Positions 43,097 through 55,838 of a DNA stretch of 64,000 nucleotides are shown here, one piece after another (the stretch's first letter is position 1; every line of letters begins with the position of its first letter). The notes under the pieces were generated by a model that did not search any database, had not been told where the DNA came from, and saw nothing but the letters and a program-made list of their open reading frames with translations. The position numbers were made by a program, and so were the translations under genes. Origin of the DNA: Guillardia theta CCMP2712 (Eukaryota > Protista > Cryptophyta); contig NW_005434594.1 of NCBI RefSeq assembly GCF_000315625.1, forward strand, positions 118,482-182,481. The letters are read 5' to 3'.

Positions 43097-43916
43097 GAGG
43101 AGCCGGCAACCGATATGCGATCAGCATGCAGCGACGGTGGTGGCCGCAGAGGAGGACGAGGAGGACGAGGAAAAGAAGGAGAATGATGAGGAGGAGTGAG
43201 CGAGAAGAGCCGGCAAACTTCATGCGATCAAAAGCGGCGGCGGTGGAGGTAGAAGAGCAGGAGGATCAGGAGCAGGAGCAGGAGCAGGAGCGGGAGGCAG
43301 CAGCATCCAAAGCAGAAGCAGCAGCATGTTTCGCTACAGTGTCAGCAGCGTCGGCAGCAAGATAGGAGTCGGGGAGGAGAGGAAAGAAGGGGTCAAGGAG
43401 AGACAAGAACAAAGGCTGAAACGAATGAGAGCGAAATCAGCCAGGTGAGGGGACGGGGAGAAAGGAGATCAGAGCTGGGGGTATGTGTATGTACAGTAGA
43501 GTGTGGAGGAGGAGGGGAGAGGGAGAGAGATCAAGGGGGGGAGGGAGGGAGGGAGGGAGGGAGGGAATCAATTAATAAAGCAAAACCGGGGTTCGCAAGT
43601 GAAATGTGGAAGACAAGGAAAGGAGAGAGGTACGAGGAAGACGGTCAAGAGAGGAAGGGGGGAGTGGGGGGGGGTTGCGAGGAAGAGGAGAATAAGGAGG
43701 GGGGGAGGGGGAGAAAAGAAGAAGAGGAGCAGAATTAGGAACAGGATTACAGGATTGGAGAGAGGGGGGGGGGGAGGAGGAGGCGAGGCGAAGGAACAGG
43801 AGCAGGAGCAGGAGCANNNNNNNNNNNNNNNNNNNNNNNNNNNNNNNNNNNNNNNNNNNNNNNNNNNNNNNNNNNNNNNNNNNNNNNNNNNNNNNNNNNN
43901 NNNNNNNNNNNNNNNN

Positions 43917-45221
43917 TGTGCGGATGAGAAGGTAACTTTTCCTCCAGCCTCCTGCTCAGTCTCGTGAGAACCCTACATCGCTCCTCAGTCTCCCTCCTCC
44001 CCCTCCCCCTTCTCATCCTTGATCTTTCCCCCTCCTCCTCCCTCCCTTCTCTCCTGCCACCACCTGCCTCCTCTCCTCCTTCCTACCTCCCTCACCCTGC
44101 CCTCCATGCTCTCCTTCTTTCTCCCTCCCATTCCCTTTCTCTCTCCTCCACTTTGCTCTCCCGCTCCACTCTCCCCTCCTCGTCCTCTCATCCCTCCTTA
44201 CCTGCACTTCCTTTCTCATATTGTCTGCTGACATCTGCACCATCCCTCGCGCAAACTCAACACCGTCCTGGTCCTCCACAGTGACAACCTGCCAGTCCGG
44301 TCAGACGACGACCAAGCCATCCGTCAACATCGTTCATCCATCACCTCTATCACAACTTCCTCTCTCTCCTTCCCCTCCTCCTTCCTCCTGCTCCTGCTCC
44401 CCCTCCTCCTATGCTCCTCCTCCTCCTCTTCTCCTCCCCCTCCTCCTCCCCCTCCTCCTCTGCTCCTCCTCCCCCTCCTCCTCTGCTCCTGCTCCTCCCT
44501 CCTCCTCCTAATTTCAGTCTCTTACCGCTCTATCGGGGAAATCTCCATAAATGTTGACAAGATCGTTTGCAAGGAGAGCCTTTCGAGGAATCAGAACAAG
44601 GCGAGAAAGAGAGCAGGAGGTCACGAGTAGAAGGAAAACGGCGGGGAGGAGGGAAGGAAACGCAGAGGGAGGGGAGGGAGGGAGGGAGGGAGGAGGGAGC
44701 ATGAAACGAGAGGAGACGATGAGGAAAGAGTAAGGGAAGAGAGCAGAGAAGAGGACGAAGAAAAGCACACAGGAGAGAGCAGGAGGAGGGGAAAGGGAGG
44801 AGAGTAGAGGAGAAGGAGGGGAGGGGGGGAGTAAGAGAAGTAAGAGGTGAAGGAGGAGGAAGGGAAGGGAAGAATGAGGAGGAGGGGAAAGAAGAGGGAA
44901 GGGAGAAGGGAGAGAAGAAGGAAATGGGTAGAGGGGGAAAGAAAAGTGCAAAGCCAAGAGAGCGGAGGAGGTGGCAGAGGGAGAGACGGGGGATACCTGG
45001 GCAGCAGAGGAAGAGATCAGTCGGTCTTTAGCCGCTGCCTTGACGCGGATTTTCCCCTCGCTGACAGTGGCAAAAGTGAGCCACCGCTGGCGCTTGTTGG
45101 GCCTCGCCTGAGAAAACAGTGAGAGGGAGAGAACAAGACAAACGAGGATGAGAGAAGAAAAGGGAAGGAGACAAGGTAGATTGAGACTGAAGTTATAGAG
45201 CAGGAGGATCGAAACAGGAGT

Positions 45222-45279
<58 letters not shown>

Positions 45280-46761
45280 AAGAAGAGCAGCACGGTCAGG
45301 AGCAGCTGTTTACCGAGGCCGGGAAGAGTGTTCCAACGTCTGCTCCCGCAAAGACTTTGGCGATGTTGTCAAGATCGTAGCCGCTAGCCACAACAGTGTG
45401 AACTCCTCCTAGCGCAGCGACCCTGTGATGAGCGTCAGGGGAAGAGAAGAACACGAAGATACAGAGGAGGCAGGGGGAGAGGGTTACGATGAGACAACGA
45501 AAGTGGGAGGAGAGAGATGAAGAGCAGGGGGAGACTGGTAGGAAGAAGGAAAGGAGGGAGGAAGACGGTAGAGAAAGGGAGAGGATGAAGGGGAGGGAGG
45601 AGGTGACTAGACAGAAGATAATTGGGAAGGGGAGAGAAGAGGAGGAGGAGGAGGAGTTAGGATGTTGAACCTCGCTGCTCCGATCTTAGAGGCCATCCCT
45701 CCCCTTCCCATGGATGATTTCTCGCCTTTGATACAAGTCACACCCTCTGCAGCAATTGAAACTACTTTCCTCCTCCTCCTCCTCCTCTTTCTGCTCTTCT
45801 TCCCCTCCCCCCTCATCTCCTCCTCCTCCTCCTACCGATTTCGACAGCCGTGAGGGAGTTGTAGACTTTGATTCTCTCTGCTCCCTCCTGGTCGGGAGGC
45901 TTGGTGAAGACAGCCTCGACCTGCAACCAGGACAAGATGAGGAAGAATAGGTGCAACCGGCCAATGAGAAGATGTGAAGGGATTTGATGCATGATATGAT
46001 GATTGAACAATGGGGGTTAAGGGGAGCAATGATACATCAATGAAGATGATGTGAGATTGGAGGACTTTGATGTTTGAATCAATGTAGCGGAGAGATAGCA
46101 GAAAGATATAAGTTGAAACTGAGTGGGAAAAGCACAAATGAAGAGAGAATAGAGCAAACAAAGAGGGAGGAAGAGGAAAGGAGAGAGAAGAATATGGGAA
46201 AGAACAAGTAAGAAGAAGGAGAGTAAATGATATGACAGTGAAATGAGGTGTATCAGTACGTCTGTGAGAAGAGCAAGGCCGTCAGCGTCTGAACCAGCAG
46301 CAAGCAGCGCCGAGAGCTTATCCTGGAGAAGGGTGAGCACAGAATACGTGATGGACAGCAATGGGATGACAAGGCAGGACTATTATCTATATGATGATGA
46401 TGACAAGGAAGGATTATGATGATGATGATGATGATGAGGAGGAGGAGGAGGAGGAGGAGAAGGAGAAGGAGGGGAAGGAGGGGAAGGAGGGGAGATGATG
46501 ATGAGGAGGAGGAGTATAAAAGAGATTGGAGGAGGCAAAGATAAAGGACAAGCTGAGGATCGAAGAGGATGGGTGGAGGAAGAAACATTTGCAGAGTCTC
46601 ACGTTGTCACTGAAGACTCGCTGAGTGTCGAGCTCGTGACATCCGGTCACAACATCGTTCTGTAACAAGCAGACATGGGGGTGTTAGCATGGTATTCGAT
46701 GCGATTGTCACACAAGATCTCGGCGCGCGCTTTCTTCTTCGTCCCCCCATCACCATCACTG

Positions 46762-46806
<45 letters not shown>

Positions 46807-46829
46807 CCACCACCACCACCACCACCACC

Positions 46830-46863
<34 letters not shown>

Positions 46864-48141
46864 TCGTCGTCGTCGTCACCCCCAACGACTTTTGAGGATC
46901 CATACCTCGTTGATGATGGGGATGACACCAAGTGAAGTAAGTCGATCCAACGTGTCTGTAAGGTAACTATCCCGCAAACTGTCACTCTCCCTCCTCCTCC
47001 TTCCATCCTCCCGCCTCACCTGTATCGCTGGCGTGACAAGAAATCGCCCTGCAGTTCGCATTGTCAGTCTCGGCACTGAGCGACCCATCCTTCAAGCCTC
47101 TCTTGTTCTCCTCATATTCGTTCTTATCACTACCACTATCAACACTTCAACATTGTTGTCCTTCTAGAACTACTCAGTCTTGCATCACTGTCCTCATAAA
47201 CATGATCAAAACTATCAACGCCACCATCATCAACTGACGATGGTTGCCGATCTCAACAACCTCTACAACCTTCCTTCCACCAATTATGCTCACTGACAAC
47301 TCACCTGCGTGATGAGAACTTGGGCGCAGGTGAGACCGAGGCGTTGGAACAACATGTCATCTGAATAGTTGTCAAAACAAAGTGACAACTACAGCAGTGT
47401 CCTCCTCAAATCAATGCTATATTTGCATCACATTTGATCTCCTCCTCCTTCTCTCTCTGACCCCTATGTGTCGCTTTCTCCACTTCCCTCCCGAACCATT
47501 CCTCACAAGGCCTTCTCCTACTCCATCATCGTTGCCTCCACCTTTTCTCCATACTACATCTTCCTCGTTATCCTCCTGCTCCTGCTCCCGCTCCTGCTCA
47601 TGTCTTCCTGATCTTCTTCCTCCCTCTCTCTCCTCCCTCCTCCCCTCACATGTGCTCATCAAGATCCCTTGTCCAGCAGCTGCGCATGCTTGTCGATCGA
47701 TGACGTTGGCAGGGTTGGCGACAACATCCTTGGCGAGACCGAGGCGGAGGCGCCCGAGTCCAACTGCTCCACTGCTGACAAGGATGACCTGCCGTCCCTG
47801 GTCCTTAAGGCCCCGGAGCTACCAGACGTGTCATGCTCGGGCCCAGGGGGAGGAGGAGGAGGAGAGCAGGTAGAGCAGCGATGTTCAGGAGGGGTTTGAG
47901 AAAGAGGACAAGGTCAAGCACACGGGTGAGTACAGGAAAAACCAGGCCATGACAAGGCTACACTGTGGACAACGAGGAGGAAGATGAAGAGGAGGAAGAC
48001 GATGAAGAGGAGGCGGACGAGGAGGACGAGGAGGACGAAGAGGATGACAAGGGGAAGGGCGAGTGAGAGGACGATGAGGATAACAATAAAGAGGACGGGA
48101 ACGAGGAGGCGGGCGAAGAGGACGAGGGGGATAACAATAAA

Positions 48142-48179
<38 letters not shown>

Positions 48180-48578
48180 TAAGGATAACAATAAAGAGGA
48201 CGACGAGGAGGACGACGAGGAGGAAAAGAATGAGGACGGAGAAGGAGACGGCGGCGAAGTGCGTGAACCTGCTCGACAAGGGCTCCGAGGCGAGAAAGTG
48301 CGAGGGTCCCATCGGAGTTGGAGACGACGGCGGTGCCGACCTTGACCACAACTCTCTTGGCGTTGCTCAGCGGCATCCTCTCTGGCACTACGTCCGTGTC
48401 ACTGAGCCATGCTCGAGCCGAGCCGACAGGGAACCCTGCCATGGCGCGGAGAAGGACGGAGTCAGCAACACAGGGATGGGGGGGCAGGAGGCAAGTTACC
48501 ACTCTTGATTGTGAATGATCTCGAGGTAGCCAAGGACAAGTTGGAGATGACGGATGTCTTCAATCGTGATGCCAGCAT
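43917..48578 (-). CDS. proB: Glutamate 5-kinase with C-terminal PUA domain and mitochondrial-type presequence; 3' end runs into the gap at 43817-43916
   Basis: Presequence MLASRLKTSVISNLSLATSRSF; KRVVVKVGTAVV, VILVSSGAVGLG, QACAAAGQGILM, AQVLIT, VIPIINENDVV, FSDNDKLSALLA, MGRGGMASKIGAA, GADVGTLF; then KRQRWL..EGKIRV..YGDF..VVTVEDQDGVEFARGMV (PUA). Confidence 0.88.
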
Positions 48579-51500
48579 CTTCAAGCATGTGTGTCATAAT
48601 TGAACACGGAATGAGAAACTGGGGACATAGTGTTCCGAGGTTTGCTAGCTTGTCAAACATTGTGACCCAACCAGAAAGTATCTCAATCCATAATCATTCA
48701 AGCATCTTGAGCAAGTGCATGTTGTATCGGGACATAAATCACCAAAATGTGCTTTGAAATACTCACATCTTTGCATAACCTAAATTCTAAATAATCGCAA
48801 CCTTTCTCCGCGTCGTTCTGTTCAGCACAAATGTCTAGGATATCTAGAAGAAGTGCAGCTGGATCCAACCTACGATCAGACAACTAAACAACCTAAAAAC
48901 AACTTGATCCTTCCTGGTATACTTAGCAGAGTTCAAGATCCCTGGGCTTATGTGTAGGAATTCGAGGAATTCGACAAACAGGTTTCGACTGTCAGTTACT
49001 AAGAGCAAGCTTGAGAGTTGCTAGGAGTGCAGGATCTACTGCAAGCATGCTCAATACAATACGAATCACATAGCTGCCCTCATTCAAACAGCGATCCCCT
49101 TCGTACGACAGCATTTCCTCCTCCTGTCGCTCCTCTCCAAGCAATGTTGTCCCATCCTCACTCACTCCATTGCCTTGGCGCTCAACGTAAGGCTATTGCT
49201 CTCATGCTATCCTATCTTCCTCTCTCCTCCTCTCCTCCCCTCTCCTCTCTTCTCCGTCGCCTCCGGTTTCCGCATGCACTAGCCACCAACAAGGGGAAAG
49301 TGTTTGTTTAAGGGGGTGGTGGGGTTTGTAGGAACCAAGACTAGGGGGTGGGGTCTTGAAGAAGGGGTGCATTATACGGAAAATGATGGGGTACGAATAT
49401 TGAAACTGCTTGATGTGAACCAACAGGGTCCACGGGTCTCGTATGGGTACCGGTATAAAGAGTGGGTGAAGAAGGGGTAGGGTAGCGGCGAAAGCTAGCC
49501 AAAGATGTTATGGGTGGGTGGGTGGGGTACGTAATCGAATTTGGGGAATCGGGGGAAAGACGCAATAAAAAAAATTCATTAAAAAGACTTTTAAAGTCTC
49601 CCACCCGCCCGGCCTGGCCCATTTACTCAAAGTTAAGTTAAAATCAGTACGAACTTTTGAGTGACTAACCCGGCCGCCCGGCCTTGCCGCAAGTTCCAAG
49701 TTCAACGGTTGACGCCGCGCCGGATCATCACCGGGGTGACCCGGATGTCACGCCGGCGGTCCGCCTGGCCCGGCCGGGCACTGTCAGTGCCGCCCCGGGC
49801 GGCCCGGGACCCTCAGGCAGAGGCCGGGGGCGCGGCGGAACCCGGCATTCCATTGGGTTCTCAACTGGATTTTATTCCGTCTCGGCGGGGTCTTTTTCTA
49901 CCTGGATTTTTCTTAATGAATAGGTTTTGGATTTCAAAGTGAAAATTTTCCTTGAAATGTTTTACTTCTGTCAAACCACGCCATTTCAAATTGTGGGATC
50001 CTGCCAGCACCGTGCCATTTCTAGAATTTAAACGTTGTACAGAATGTACCAATGTTGTACACGGTGTCAGTTTGGGAGACTCACGTTCAAGCAGATCGCG
50101 CCCTGTGGGCACCATGTTGTGAGATAAATACATCATTGTGATGACAAGAACATCTTTTGATGCCAAATTTGACCAGATTTGAATGTATCATGTGGGAAAA
50201 CGACTGCATTTCCTTTAAGCAGAGTGTTTTGAGGATGATGCATATCATGTTGCAATAAGAATTTTGTGGAAAGGAAATATTTGAATCTCAGTTCGTTGAG
50301 TTGCGTGTAAATGCAAATATGCTTTGAAGCATTGTGAGCATAGTTGTAACTGTGCATTGACTTGTAAGGTACGCATTCAAATTTGCATGCTCACGCTATC
50401 CAATAATTGTGTGACTTTCCTTGTCATACTTGCACTGAAACACCTCAATTCTGATGTTCCAAAGCCCTGATCAGCTGTTTTCACACTTTCAGAAGGGAAA
50501 CATGAAAGGAATCGATGAGAGAGGCAACCTTCGAAGACATAAAGGAAATGCGATTCTCCTTATTGCGATGACGGCCTAGCTTCCTGTACCAGAATGCTTC
50601 GTCGGTTGTATATGAAACATATTTCAAGAGACTTGCTGGTGCTTTGCCATGATTGCGTTTTTTGAGGCTTCTCCCAACGCATTCCACAACAGTTTGAGTC
50701 TTGTGAAATGCTCTCAACAGCCAGTGGCATGGCGGTTGTAACATGTCATTGGAGTTTGAGAGGCTGGGGGAGGAGAGATGAGGGGAGGGGGGAGGGGGGA
50801 AGGAGAGGGGATAGGAGGGGTTGGAAGGAAAAGCGAAGCCTGGGAATTATTGATATGCTGATCGCGAGAGACTGGGAGATGCCAGAGGAGAGACGGTTCA
50901 CTCAAGACCACTAGCGAGGAAGGGAGGAGGGCTTGGAGGAGAGGCGAGGAAGGAGAAAGCTTCGGGTAGAGACGGTTTACTTGATACCACTAGCGAGGAA
51001 GGGATGCCTCAGAGCCTCCTGTGCAGTCATCCTCGTGCGGGCATCGATATCGAGGCAGCGGCGTTTGAGGAAGTCCCAGATCGCATGTTTCTCCTCCACC
51101 ACCAGCCAGCCCTTGCCTCCCGCTTTCGCGCTCAGGGAGCTTGATAAGGTCAGGGCATACTGAGATGCCGTTCGAATGGTAGCATCCCCAAGCTTCCCGC
51201 CACCATATCACCCTCATCCTCATCCTCATCCTCATCCTCATCCCTCATCCTCNNNNNNNNNNNNNNNNNNNNNNNNNNNNNNNNNNNNNNNNNNNNNNNN
51301 NNNNNNNNNNNNNNNNNNNNNNNNNNNNNNNNNNNNNNNNNNNNNNNNNNNNATACAACAACAACAACAACAACAACAATACCAACAACAACAATTTTAC
51401 TTCAGCGTCGAGCTTGCATTCTTCGATGACATCTCTGATCTTATCTCTGTACTGACCCGTTTACCCATAGTTGTGCTTCCACTCAGCGTCCATGCTCTTG

Positions 51501-51608
51501 ATGTGCATGCGCAAGCTGCAGTGCTCAGACCATACAGTCAGACCAGCGCACTTACTTACACAACGAGTGTACCAGTAGATCTCCATGACCGCCATGTTGT
51601 CATGTACA

Positions 51609-51922
51609 GACAAACAAACAAACAAACAGTACGGACAAACGAACAAACAATCAGAACGGACAAACGAACAAACGAACAGTACGGACAAACGAACAAACGA
51701 ACAGTACGGACAAACGAACAAACAAACAGTACGGACAAACGAACGAACGAACAGTACGGACAAACGAACGAACGAACAGTACGGACAAACAAACAAACGA
51801 ACAGTACGGACAAACAAACAAACGAACAGTACGGACAAACAAACAAACGAACAGTACGGACAAACAAACAAACGAACAGTACGGACAAACAAACAAACGA
51901 ACAGTACGGACAAACAAACAAA
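51609..51922. repeat. ~21-25-bp minisatellite (ACAAACGAACAGTACGGACAAACAA-type)
   Basis: About a dozen units built from CAGTACGGA plus variable (ACAA/ACGA)n. Confidence 0.92.
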
Positions 51923-52560
51923 CATTCCCTTCAAATTTCAAAGTGTTAGCAAATATTTTGGATGTGTGAAATCAGATTGGTTACATTTTATAATCAGACG
52001 CAATGGGTCGGGCACGCATGTCGCGCCAACGATGATTGTTTCCTGGGGTTGCAACACGCATAAGCCCACAATCAGCTGCGTTGAGAGGCATCGAGACTAG
52101 AAGAAATGGAGATAATATGTCCTCCAATGAAAACATTGACTTTCAAGATGTGCCACCTTCCAGTTTACATAAACCCCTGATCTTGAAGATTCAAAGTTCC
52201 TTCCTATCTCAACTTCAGAGTTCGATTGAAGTTCGATGGACAAATAGCACCCTGGGCTTACGGGTTCTTTTAACTCCTGGTTGTTGAATCCGCTATCATG
52301 AAGATCACGGTGATCTATGCCAGGTTGTTCACAAGTGCGTTTCTGCTTGGCAACAAATAGCAACGCTTAGCAGATGTGATTGTTTACACATCCTCATTGT
52401 CATCCCTATTGTGATCAGTAGAGTTTCAATTATCTTTGGTGAAAATTCAAACCTTGTTGCCAACATGATTCATTTAGGATCCTGGCACCTCTGTTTCGAT
52501 TTGCATGCAACATCATTCTATTTGTTTGCATCTCCTTCTTTTGAAAAGTGTATCTCAGAG

Positions 52561-53634
52561 TGTTATACGGTCTACTGTGACATCCTCCCGAAGTTCCTCC
52601 TGTCCTTTGCGTGCTTTGTGTTCTGTGAGCCGCTACTACCAGGACAGCTGTCTCGTACTCGTGTTCGAAGCTGACTTCTCCTGGATGACCCAGCATCATG
52701 GTGAAGAATCTTTTAGCTGCTGAAAGGACCCCTGTGGAGGCCTTTGTTGCAGCAACCGTGTACCCGTGGGGGACTTACAAGGTAAACAGAAGGGGTGCGT
52801 CTTGTGCAGTACGACCCGTTGGAAGCAGCTTGCTGCCATGCAAGGACGGGGTTCTCTTCCCTGCGAGAGAGCATGGTATCCTCTCGAAGGTCAGAAGGGA
52901 TGCTTGTCAACTTCCAAGAACAGGACACCCCTCCTTTCTGTAGCCAAGAGACGGCACCCCTGGCTCATTCCTCGAAGCTATAAAAGGATGAAACTCGTCA
53001 GAGCTAGGTGGTCCTCTTCCCCTTTCGTGTGTGTGTCACGATTGTTGAGACGTCTTTGTGTGTATCGTCTTGTCTTGTTTTGTGTGTGTGTGAAAGAAAT
53101 AAAAGAGAGTTAGATCTCCTTCTGTTTCACCGCTTTCCCTCTTAGTAGAGAAATCCAACGTGAGTTCTTATTGAACTGCGCTGAAGGTCCACTCGAGAAT
53201 CTTCGAGGTGTGACATAAATTGGTAGCAAGGTTGTGATCGGTGATAGAGATCGAGTCTTCTCTCTTCCCCTCCCTTTCTCCACTGTTCTTCTGCTTCTTC
53301 CTACGCTTACGTCGCGTAGATGTCCGGATACAATACTCGACTCGCAGCTCGCATGCTGGACGAGAATGCTACGGATACTTTGGAACATGACTGGCAATCT
53401 GCTGCCGGCATTGACGACGATCTTCGTCCCGAATCGACCGAGGATCGGTCGCTCCAAAACATGTCTGCCGCGCTGCTGGAGGTTCAGCAGCGGTTGAACG
53501 CTCTCGAAGCTCCTGCTTCTTCTGAGGCGGTCCCGCCCGCCGCTCTCAAGCCTGGACCGCCCCCCATCTCCTCGCGTGACGGTCCTCAGCTGGTCTCCTT
53601 GTAGTTAAGTCAGCTCCATAATAGCCGCGTTTTA
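52561..53634 (+). mobile_element. LTR-retrotransposon 5' fragment: LTR (~52561-53215), primer-binding site and truncated gag-like ORF
   Basis: TG...CA ends (tgttatac / gtgtgaca), TATAAAA 52979-52985, AATAAA 53098-53103, TGGTAGC PBS-like motif at 53221, then ORF 53320-53604 MSGYNTRLAAR...LLEVQQRLNALE. Interrupted by the gap at 53635; the LTR start is tentative. Confidence 0.6.
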
Positions 53635-55838
53635 NNNNNNNNNNNNNNNNNNNNNNNNNNNNNNNNNNNNNNNNNNNNNNNNNNNNNNNNNNNNNNNNNN
53701 NNNNNNNNNNNNNNNNNNNNNNNNNNNNNNNNNNGTCCACCCTCGGTGCTCCTCCCGCAGTGCGTACACCCCTAAGCTAAGTGATCTAAGTGGTTTTAGT
53801 GCAATTTGAGGCAGCGTGGTAATGATAGAGATGTTGCATTGGCTTTATGTTGAGGAAGAGATGTTGAGTTCAAATCTCTTGCTACTTCTTGAATTTCACA
53901 GAAGAGACCAAGTCATCACAAATAGACAAGTAACCGTATCTTCGTTTCCTGCATATCAATGCATGGTTGGATTCGAAGTCTCACATTGTTCATTATCGTC
54001 CTTACGCGCGTCAATGGGACAATCTCACCATCTCTTGTTCGTCGAGGGAGGGGGGGGCTGGAGTGGAGACAAATGGGGGGACCCCCTACCCATCATTTTC
54101 CCATTTGAAATTCAGAGACTGGGGGGTAGAGGGTGAACCTTGGTCAAATTCGAACCGTAAAACTCGCAACGCTCGAGAGTGTGACCCACCCTACGCGACA
54201 AGGAGGTTTGGAGTGGAAATAATGGGGTCAAAGGCGTGGCGATTCAAACCCACATCGCGGCCACCCCCCTCGAGTATAAGACTCTAGCTCAGGTGGGTGC
54301 TGTTTGACCACGCGTTCGAATCCTACTACAGGCTAACGGCAATCGAAGAGATTGCTTTTCAGCGTCAATTCCACTACCAGAATGCCCAAGACTTTTATGA
54401 TTCTCGCCCACTCCTGAATTCAGACTACCTACCCTGACTTCATCTCTTCTGAAACATACGGGTGGTGTAGAGGTGATAGTCGAGGGAGCTCTGCCAGCCC
54501 ACGGGAATTGCTGACATTGACAGTACAAACTTAGTACGGAGGGGAAAAGGGGATCCTGATACAAAAATCCTTGAACCCGGTAAAACTCAATTATACCTCG
54601 GTACAAACAGGCTAGCCTGGTACAAACAAATCCAGTCGAGAACCCAATGGAATGCCGGCGTGGCAGCCGCAGTCGGCGAGTCCGGGCGAACTTCGGAATG
54701 CACATGATGGATCGTATGCCAGCCCGCCAGTCACTGCCGGCCAGACCGATAGCCCCGAGTGACAAAAACTCTCCTGTCACGGTACTATCAAAACAAGGCG
54801 CCTCCTTACGTGTTTCAAGGCTCCGCATGTAGCGTGTGGGATGTCCGAGTCACCGGATGTCTGCGCTTGTGCTCCGTCAGATGATGGCACTGCACTGCGC
54901 CGCCGCGTGCCAGTGACTCTGACGGTTGCCAGTGATCGGATCGGACGGGCAGGCCCCGCCCGCCCGCCCAGTCCGTCACGACGGTCACTGACTCGTGAGT
55001 CACGGCGGCCGGTCCACTGAGGCCGGCCGGGCGGCCGCGCCCGAGTGGCGGTGGCACACAGTGAGCCTGGCACGCGGGCCCGGTCACCCCGGTGACACTG
55101 TGACAAGTTTGAGTAAAGGTTCGACAAGTTTCTGGTACCCTTTACTCAAAGTGAAGTTTCTAGTGATCAAAGACTTTTATATCATTAAAAAAAAAGGATT
55201 GCCAGGCTAGCCAACTGCCGCCGGCCACCGCAAGTTTGCTCCTGCCACCGGCGTGACATGATTCATGATTGTCCGTGGCAACCGTGGTACGATGTCTCAA
55301 TGACCGAGTCCTCTTTACTCAAAGTGTAGTACGGTACAGGCAGTACCCTTTCAAGTAGTTGTGGCGGCGTTCCGATCATGACTGGCGGCGCCGCGGCGGA
55401 GCCTCGGAGGCTCAGCCTGGCAGCCCAGTGCGGCAGCGGCTTCCGAGCATCAGTCCGATCCCAACGGCGGCAACTTGGCTCATTCCCGCGGCGATCATTC
55501 ACTTCTGCACTGTGCCAGGCCCTCTTTAAGTTGAAGCTGGGTACCAATCGTGACAGCAAGTGTCTAGTTTGGAAGGTAAATGGCTTCCGTGCGAACGAAA
55601 CTTTATCTCAAACTTTTTCTTTTATTGTTGCAGTCAAAGTTGATTGCCATAAAAGCACAAAAGCCTGTTCAGTTGTGATGGTACGCAATTCACTATTCAT
55701 TGCTTAAGAATTGTTCATAAAAACTTGAAGCAAATTACCATGCCTCAGAGAAGCTATATGCAGCAAGAATGCGTTAAAGACAGAAACAACTCTAACTACG
55801 CAAACAACTTGGCAAAGAAAGAAGTAGCTCGCGTTCCC

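Larger units (their letters stand above)
49846..54654. mobile_element. Putative ~4.8-kb DNA element bounded by 27-bp terminal inverted repeats and flanked by CCGG on both sides
   Basis: ccgg|CATTCCATTGGGTTCTCAACTGGATTT (49846-49872) and AAATCCAGTCGAGAACCCAATGGAATG|ccgg (54628-54654), 26/27 match. Interior is AT-richer than the GC-rich flanks. No transposase recognised. Confidence 0.55.

Noticed and set aside
43917-48578. Bifunctional P5CS
   Set aside because: The sequence after the kinase domain matches a PUA pattern and no reductase exons are visible before the convergent TRPM gene.
51609-51922. CRISPR-like array
   Set aside because: Units abut with no unique spacers, no cas genes, eukaryotic context; an ordinary minisatellite.
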